Under the pieces are notes generated by a model. It saw only the letters and a list, made by a program, of their open reading frames with translations. It made no database searches and was not told where the DNA came from. From Ignavibacteriota bacterium (GTDB lineage Bacteria; Bacteroidota; Ignavibacteria; UBA10030; BY39), in contig QOQV01000005.1 in assembly GCA_003327435.1 (NCBI GenBank), forward strand, positions 21,222 through 85,221: DNA of 64,000 nt. The letters are read 5' to 3'. Made by a program: the position numbers and the translations under genes. Shown here piece by piece: positions 57,529 through 64,000 of the stretch (its first letter is position 1; each line of letters begins with the position of its first letter).

Positions 57529-58476
57529 TTAAAATTCCAATTTTATCGTTCCATAAGTTATAGGAATGTTTCCAAAAATTGTGGGTTGTTCTTTATAATT
57601 AGCTTCGAGTTTAATTTTTCTGTTGTAGCTTAAAACAGTAAAGTATGCATCAAAGGCACTGATAACATGATTTACTAAAGCAACAGTTGCTGCTGTTTTT
57701 GCTTTATAATAATAGTCGTTTGCCAGTCCACGCATTTTTGAATATTCTTTAAATGTAGCAGTAAGCTGATCACCATAAGTAAAATTGTAACTATCAGCAT
57801 CGAACCAGCCCTGATTATATTGTGGATATTTTCCAATCAACTCATAATACTGCTGCTCACCATAATGATGTAATGTATGCGAATACCATTTACCGATTGC
57901 ACGTTCAAGAGCATTTAAACTCTCCCAATCAATTCTTTCCCAGGGCGGTAGAGTGATATCGTTATTTATGATTGCGTTTGAAATATCCGAAAAATCACCC
58001 TGAGGATTAATTATTGATTTGTTAGCATAAGACCACTCGTAGTATCTAATTACGTCCCATCGAGTTCGATATCTCTCTGGTTCATTAGTATCCCAGGTGG
58101 GTCTCAAATCAGTTCTGCCATCAGCAAAATTTTGAAAGAAGTTTGTTTGGTCATCTCCTTTTTTTAAATATTTAAAATAAAATACCCAGGCACCAGCTTC
58201 AACTGCTAAAAACAACCCTGCTTTAATATAACTTCCGGCATAAATCTCGCCAGCTCCTGGCACAAGAAGAGACATTCCTCCTGCAATAAAAGGAGATTTT
58301 TTCTGAGTAATCTGATTTTCCTGACTATCTGAATTCAAAACAGATTCCGATTGAAAAGTCATACTCTCATTAAACAAATCTACCTTTGGGTTACCTGTAA
58401 AAATCTTTTTATCTATAGAAAAAACAGATTGAGAAAAAAGCAGAAATAATATGAGAAAATTAATTCTGATTAACAT
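57529..58476 (-). CDS. Hypothetical exported/membrane protein (DUF5683-like N-terminus)
   Basis: Signal peptide; KSP..A...SLLVPGAGEIY motif; NHVISAFDAY. Confidence 0.65.
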   Translation of the reverse strand: MLIRINFLILFLLFSQSVFSIDKKIFTGNPKVDLFNESMTFQSESVLNSDSQENQITQKKSPFIAGGMSLLVPGAGEIYAGSYIKAGLFLAVEAGAWVFYFKYLKKGDDQTNFFQNFADGRTDLRPTWDTNEPERYRTRWDVIRYYEWSYANKSIINPQGDFSDISNAIINNDITLPPWERIDWESLNALERAIGKWYSHTLHHYGEQQYYELIGKYPQYNQGWFDADSYNFTYGDQLTATFKEYSKMRGLANDYYYKAKTAATVALVNHVISAFDAYFTVLSYNRKIKLEANYKEQPTIFGNIPITYGTIKLEF

Positions 58477-58491
58477 AAATCATCCTTTCTT

Positions 58492-61400
58492 TTAATCAAG
58501 TTCAAAACCGAATAATACTCCAAAGTAAAATCGCCACTCTTTTCCGTATGTAACCATTTCTTTTCCATCTCTGACAATTTTGTTAAACTTATCGAAGCCG
58601 TAGGACGCATTGAAAAATATTCGTGTTGGAAAAGAGTACCAGGAAAAAGATTCCAATCTGAGTTCAAATCCAGCATCACGTTTAAATCTCACATCTTTCA
58701 ACTTACCGCCCGTCCAGGCATTACCGATGTCGGTGTAAATTGAGCCATAAAGTTTATCGAAATAAAGGTGTAATATTTTGAAATCTATTTTCGAAAAAAT
58801 TGGGAAGCGGTATGTTAGGTTAGTATGGAAGTATTCGTTACCGCCCAATGAATAGAAGGGATATCCCTTCATTCCGGTTAACCCACCAATATAAAAATCA
58901 AAGAAATTATCGACTGGTGGACCGAGTATACTGCCAGTATTAATTTGAATCCCCAATGAATGTTTGCGAATTGGAAGTTTGAAATATTCTTTCCAGTTTA
59001 ACTCAACACGGTGGAATTTGAAATAGTTGTATTTAGGAAGCAACATCCCATTCTTTACTTCATATTCACCTTCAGAGTTAAATTTATTGAATTCATAATC
59101 ATACTTTAACTTAATTTTTCTGCCTATGGGATTTATTTCGCTTGTAGTCGAAGGAATTACACCGTCAAGAGATAGGGTTGAACTGAGTACATTTCCGACT
59201 AAATACAACTCGTTTGAACCTGGAATTAAAACTGGAGTGTCGTTAATTCGTAAAACAAAACTTTCGATACCTGCGCTATAACGACTGTGTGAAAAACGAA
59301 TTTCCCAATTTATATTTTCTTTAAATACCTTTTGTTGTAATACAATATCGGCTTGGAGTAAGTTATAATTTACATCCACACCTATTGAATCTTCAGGTAG
59401 AGTAATTTTTGATGATGCTTTTCGTGTAATATTGTAAACTTCCAGACTTGTTTTAGGTTCCAATCCTAGCTGATAAAAAAGTGGTAATTTACCTGAATAA
59501 TCAAAAATTAAAAACAGGTCGCGTTCAAACTTTCTATTTATCGCAGCTCCAGCAAAAAGTCCAACTTTTTCCAGAACATCCCGTGAAAAAGCATACATTC
59601 CTGGTTTTACAATATCAATACCTTTATTGCGAGGATTATAATTATCAACCCTGAACACAGGAACAAATGTTAAACTTGTAAAAATATTTTTGTATCGTCG
59701 ACTTGTTTTGACATCGTACTTTGTATCATCGTAAAAATTCAGCTTTTGCCAATCGAACTCTACATTGTTTGATGCAGACGCTAAATGCGAATATTTAGCA
59801 GGTATGACTTTTGTTTCTTTCACATAAAAAGAATTTTCTACTGGCTGAACATTTTTCATTAAAGCAATTTTGTAACCTGTGGATTGATAGGTTGCATACA
59901 CTAACTCATTATTCTGATTGATACTGGGCATGAAAGCCCCACCTAAAACGTTTGTCAGTTGTGTTTTCTGTTTTGTCTCAAGATTATACTTATAAATATT
60001 AAAAATTCCGCTTTCATCAGAAGAATAAAGAATATTTTCCCCATCGATTGTGTAAGTAGCTGAGCGCGTATCTTCGGGACCTGAGAAGATAAAATCTAAT
60101 TCTTTAGTAACAATATCAATTATTGCGATATCCCTACCATCTTTAATTGAATAATCAAATATAATCTTCTCACCATCTGGAGACCATTTTGGATTATAAA
60201 CCTGCTCACCATTTGAAAAATTCGTAAGTAAAATTTCTTCTTTTAATTCTTTTAAAGAATCATCATATAATGCAATTGCAAGATTGGTTGTACCATCTTT
60301 GTTAACCACATATGCGATTTGTTTGCCATCAGGTTTAATGGCAGGATAACTTGCTCTTCTGCCTTTTGTTATACGTATCTCTTTTTCAGTTTCTAAATCA
60401 TAATAATAAATGTCGTAAACATTTGACCAATGTTTATTATCGCTGGTGTTCTTTGAATAAAATATTTTCTTTCCATCCGGTGACCAGCTCAAACTTGAGC
60501 GTACACCTTCTTTTAATTTCTTCTCCTGCTTTTTTTCTAAGTCATACACATAGAGAGAAGATAGAAAAAAGTAATCGGCTTCTTTGTTTGAAACATAAGC
60601 AACTTTTTTACCATCAGGAGAGAATGTTGGATAAAAATTTCCAAAACCAACATTTGCAATTTTTTCCCCCTCGACCAAATTATTCTTTATTGATTGAACT
60701 CTCAGGTTATATTCCTCTTCTAAACTTTTTCGCCAGTCGTTGTACAAAGTTTTCCCATCGACACCTATGGCACGTTTTATAGCACCATCAATACTGTATT
60801 CAGTCAAACTTGAAAGGTTTCTCGAAATTTCCACAACTTTATCGATGCCATATTTGTTCGCGATATAACTTACAAAAGCAAATCCAGCGTTGTATGAAGA
60901 TTCGTTTCCCAAGCTTGTTTTACCAAATACCGACATTTCTTCCCAGCTCAACATATTTCCATCAAGTGCGTACATCCTTAGAATCATATCACGATGAGTA
61001 TCCCAGAAATCATATTCCAATTCTGCTCGATTAAATTGAGCAGTGCCTTCAGCAAACCAGGCAGGCACCACAAAACCAGATAATGGATAGGAGACAATAA
61101 CATTTGGAAAACCGTACAAAACATCAGGTCTGCGTTCTGCTTCATAACCCAACCACTGGAAATAAAATGCTGGAATTCTTCTACCAAACTTCATCGATGT
61201 TTGAATTTGAATGATATGTGTAAATTCGTGAGTGAGCACATTGCGTAACCAGTTGTGAGTCCCCCTGAGATCAAAATCCATTGAAGTTGCCCATATTTCA
61301 ATTTTATTATCATAAAAATATGATGCACCATTTGAGTAATCATCATAATCTTTTATTATCCAGGATACTTTCTGATCCGGTTTGTGATTGTATAACGATG

Positions 61401-61590
61401 TAACTGGTTCATATATTTCTTCTGCGATTTTTGCAGTTAGCTGTGCTGTTCGCTCCGCACCTTTATGATAATGTACATAAAAATGTTCTGTCTCAATTGT
61501 ATACCATTCCAGTTCAGGATGTGGTGCTTCTTCCTGCGCAGTAACAATTGTAACAAACAAAAATAAGAATAATAATTTATGAAATTTCAT
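58492..61590 (-). CDS. Outer-membrane protein: HEXXH peptidase-like domain + PD40/TolB propeller + Omp85/BamA-like barrel
   Basis: LTHEFTH and WFAEGTA; repeats FSPDGK/WSPDGK; C-terminal MKGYP...GGN...D.GNAW...DAGFELR...FYFGVLFGF. Confidence 0.8.
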   Translation of the reverse strand: MKFHKLLFLFLFVTIVTAQEEAPHPELEWYTIETEHFYVHYHKGAERTAQLTAKIAEEIYEPVTSLYNHKPDQKVSWIIKDYDDYSNGASYFYDNKIEIWATSMDFDLRGTHNWLRNVLTHEFTHIIQIQTSMKFGRRIPAFYFQWLGYEAERRPDVLYGFPNVIVSYPLSGFVVPAWFAEGTAQFNRAELEYDFWDTHRDMILRMYALDGNMLSWEEMSVFGKTSLGNESSYNAGFAFVSYIANKYGIDKVVEISRNLSSLTEYSIDGAIKRAIGVDGKTLYNDWRKSLEEEYNLRVQSIKNNLVEGEKIANVGFGNFYPTFSPDGKKVAYVSNKEADYFFLSSLYVYDLEKKQEKKLKEGVRSSLSWSPDGKKIFYSKNTSDNKHWSNVYDIYYYDLETEKEIRITKGRRASYPAIKPDGKQIAYVVNKDGTTNLAIALYDDSLKELKEEILLTNFSNGEQVYNPKWSPDGEKIIFDYSIKDGRDIAIIDIVTKELDFIFSGPEDTRSATYTIDGENILYSSDESGIFNIYKYNLETKQKTQLTNVLGGAFMPSINQNNELVYATYQSTGYKIALMKNVQPVENSFYVKETKVIPAKYSHLASASNNVEFDWQKLNFYDDTKYDVKTSRRYKNIFTSLTFVPVFRVDNYNPRNKGIDIVKPGMYAFSRDVLEKVGLFAGAAINRKFERDLFLIFDYSGKLPLFYQLGLEPKTSLEVYNITRKASSKITLPEDSIGVDVNYNLLQADIVLQQKVFKENINWEIRFSHSRYSAGIESFVLRINDTPVLIPGSNELYLVGNVLSSTLSLDGVIPSTTSEINPIGRKIKLKYDYEFNKFNSEGEYEVKNGMLLPKYNYFKFHRVELNWKEYFKLPIRKHSLGIQINTGSILGPPVDNFFDFYIGGLTGMKGYPFYSLGGNEYFHTNLTYRFPIFSKIDFKILHLYFDKLYGSIYTDIGNAWTGGKLKDVRFKRDAGFELRLESFSWYSFPTRIFFNASYGFDKFNKIVRDGKEMVTYGKEWRFYFGVLFGFELD

Positions 61591-61595
61591 TTTTT

Positions 61596-62249
61596 CTATA
61601 GTGTTATACTAACTTTTGTGACTTTATTTATGTTCAAACTCACATAACCTCTTTTGATTATGTTTTTGTATTCAAGTTCCAGTAGAACTGTTTCAACAAT
61701 TTTATAAGTGCCAATGTATCTGTTCAGGTAATCGTATCTATCATAAACTTTTCCTATGGGCAAGTTTTCATTAAATATAAAAAACTCACCTTTTTTGTTG
61801 CTTTCTGCTGTTTTGTTACCTTCAATTACAATAGGATATTCTTTTACCTGCTGGTTATTAAAATAAATAACCACTTTATAATAGCCTGATGGTACAAAAT
61901 TGTTTGAATCAATTTCACCATCCCAGTTGTATCTGGGAACTGGTCCAACTGGTAGGTTACCTGTAAAAATGTTGGCTACAAATTCATTTCTAATATTCAG
62001 AACATCAACGCTAACATTAATATTTGGATCTGAAATGTACAACGGCACCGTGTCAAGAGGTATGGATGAAATTTTTATTTTATCGTACGACAGGTAAACT
62101 TTAACGCTTTCAATTGGGTTACCGCTCGCATCCGTTACAAAACCATTAATCTGGTAGCCAGAAATATTCTGTTCTTCTTCGACTGGTATTATTTCCCTGC
62201 ACCCAAAAAAGGTTATTGAAAAGCAAATAAAAAATAATCTTAAGAACAT
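61596..62249 (-). CDS. Lipoprotein with transthyretin-like and FlgD-like Ig elements
   Basis: Lipobox FFGC; INGFVTDASGNPIESVKV; WDG...VPSGYY. Confidence 0.65.
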   Translation of the reverse strand: MFLRLFFICFSITFFGCREIIPVEEEQNISGYQINGFVTDASGNPIESVKVYLSYDKIKISSIPLDTVPLYISDPNINVSVDVLNIRNEFVANIFTGNLPVGPVPRYNWDGEIDSNNFVPSGYYKVVIYFNNQQVKEYPIVIEGNKTAESNKKGEFFIFNENLPIGKVYDRYDYLNRYIGTYKIVETVLLELEYKNIIKRGYVSLNINKVTKVSITL

Positions 62250-62251
62250 AT

Positions 62252-64000
62252 CTATTTGATAACAGCAATTTTTATTAGAGTAGCATTTTTATTTGAACTA
62301 CTTTCCGCATTTATGTGTGCATAATAAATTCCACTTTGAATGTTCGAGACATTCCATACGACTTCGTTATCTATTCCACCTGTAGCGTTAGTTTTAATTT
62401 CATCAACAAGTGTTCCTGATACATCAAATATTTTAATTGTAATGATAGAATTTTCACTCACATAAAAGCGTATGTTCGTTTCGTTTCCATAAACTGGATT
62501 AGGCCAGTTGTAAGCACGATTTGATGGCAAATACTCGCTTATCGGAGAACCTATCAATTCTGAATCATCAAAAGAGGAATGGAGGATGTCTCTCTTGAAA
62601 TTTCCCCACAATAGATTTTTGGATTCAGGTAATTGCCAGGTGTACAGATCACCATCAGAATTCGTTAAAACCAAAATAGCACCGGAATCATTCTCTCTAC
62701 TCGACAAACCTAAATGACTCATCGCACCTGTGCTTGCTGAATATGGAAAACCGCTTACATACTTACCACTTGCTGAATATGCCGCTATCAAATTATTTTT
62801 GCAGGCAACAAGCACATCTAAAACATCATCGCCGTTAATATCTGCAACGATAGGAGAACTTACCGCAGTGTCAGGCAGTGTTATAGGGAAATTATCTAAG
62901 GTTACACCTTCATAATTAAATGCATACAATTTATTACCAGCACTTATAATTAAATCTCTTGTTCCGTTTTTATCAACATCAGAAATTGCAAACCCTATTA
63001 TATTTACATCTGATATTTTTAGATATTTAGATTTAATATTTTCCAGATCGCATACTACAAAATCAGAACCATTTTGTTCAACAGATACCACAAAATCATT
63101 ATGCAGCTGACTTCGCTTACCAGAAAATAGAGACCATTTATCTGATGATTTTGATAGTTTAAAACCTGTGTTCTCCGAGAAAATTTTTAATGAATCAGCT
63201 GATACAACTAAGATATACTTATCAGAAATTGCAATATCACTAATTTTTGAGCTGGTAATTTTATTTGATACACCTTCATAAACACTAAGAATGCTTCTGA
63301 TTATATGAAGATTTCCATTGTGATCACCTGCATATATAATTACCGGTGTAATTAACGAGGGTGATAAAGACACTGAAGCTGGTGTAGTAATCGTTGCATT
63401 GGTTTTATATTCATAAACAACAAATATCGAATCATATATTTCATCAGAATTAAAATCTTGAGCATTTAAGATTAAGATTGAACTATCCGAGGTGAGTACG
63501 AAATTTTCATTTTCAAACGCAGACAACGGATATTTTCCCCCTGCAGGGAAAAACAGTCCATTCGAATTTCTTGTAGCACTTTTCCCATCAACAAAAAAAG
63601 CAAACACTGAATCACCATTTGTGATAAATATTTTATCTCTAAAAACCTGTGGTGGATGTGGAACACTTTTGAAATTAACTGCTTTTAAAACTCTTGCAAT
63701 AGGTTTGATGACATCGCTTCCAAAATAAACTTCTGAAGTCATTACTGGAGAGCGTTCTGAAAAATTTTTAATTGTGATGTGTGTTTGAGCAAAATCATTA
63801 CTAAGAGTGTTTGGGAAAGTTTTGCTGGAAAACTCGTTTTTATACACAGGAGCGGAATTATCCTTAAACCAGAAATCCAAACTTGTTCCGTCTTCACTTC
63901 CTGAACCTGGACTTAAAAATCCATATGATTGTCCGATGTCCTGTGAACCATCTGCTTCTTCGAGGTCAACACCCCGTCGCTTCGGATCAGCGTTAATTGT
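62252..64000 (-). CDS. T9SS cargo protein, 5' truncated by the window edge; FG-GAP repeats, probably with an M6/InhA-like peptidase upstream
   Basis: Frame open to 64000 (TINADPKRRGVDLEEADGSQDIG...); DVDKNGTRDL, DINGDDVLDV; YNWPNPV...SGIYY...KIAVIK CTD; the catalytic motif is outside the window. Confidence 0.75.
   Translation of the reverse strand, partial: TINADPKRRGVDLEEADGSQDIGQSYGFLSPGSGSEDGTSLDFWFKDNSAPVYKNEFSSKTFPNTLSNDFAQTHITIKNFSERSPVMTSEVYFGSDVIKPIARVLKAVNFKSVPHPPQVFRDKIFITNGDSVFAFFVDGKSATRNSNGLFFPAGGKYPLSAFENENFVLTSDSSILILNAQDFNSDEIYDSIFVVYEYKTNATITTPASVSLSPSLITPVIIYAGDHNGNLHIIRSILSVYEGVSNKITSSKISDIAISDKYILVVSADSLKIFSENTGFKLSKSSDKWSLFSGKRSQLHNDFVVSVEQNGSDFVVCDLENIKSKYLKISDVNIIGFAISDVDKNGTRDLIISAGNKLYAFNYEGVTLDNFPITLPDTAVSSPIVADINGDDVLDVLVACKNNLIAAYSASGKYVSGFPYSASTGAMSHLGLSSRENDSGAILVLTNSDGDLYTWQLPESKNLLWGNFKRDILHSSFDDSELIGSPISEYLPSNRAYNWPNPVYGNETNIRFYVSENSIITIKIFDVSGTLVDEIKTNATGGIDNEVVWNVSNIQSGIYYAHINAESSSNKNATLIKIAVIK

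Overview
AT-rich chromosomal window from an FCB-superphylum bacterium, most likely Ignavibacteria-like (inferred from the T9SS C-terminal domains, a PorQ/PorV-like gene and gene content; no database search was run). It holds about 37 protein genes, one complete minus-strand rRNA operon (16S, tRNA-Ile, tRNA-Ala, 23S, 5S) and a tRNA-Arg(TCG). Two things stand out. (1) A 501-bp ORF for a cysteine-rich putative lipoprotein sits inside the 16S-tRNA-Ile spacer, on the rRNA strand, bracketed by a 9-bp inverted repeat. (2) An accessory block at 34.8-47.7 kb is headed by an unannotated 343-aa protein with faint sigma2/sigma4-like ends and a membrane-anchored HxxxCxxC (ZAS) anti-sigma-like protein with an FG-GAP propeller. 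A bipartite motif GGTNA-N25(27)-TRTAGATA recurs four times, upstream of the anti-sigma, ankyrin, YdjY-like and prenyltransferase-fold genes, which suggests a non-canonical ECF-like sigma/anti-sigma system with its own regulon. Smaller observations include an apparent 1-nt frameshift at the thiL C-terminus, rRNA helix expansions, a tpl-abgT operon and a serine cluster with DUF1015. No CRISPR array, transposase or integrase was seen. All family assignments come from reading motifs by eye.
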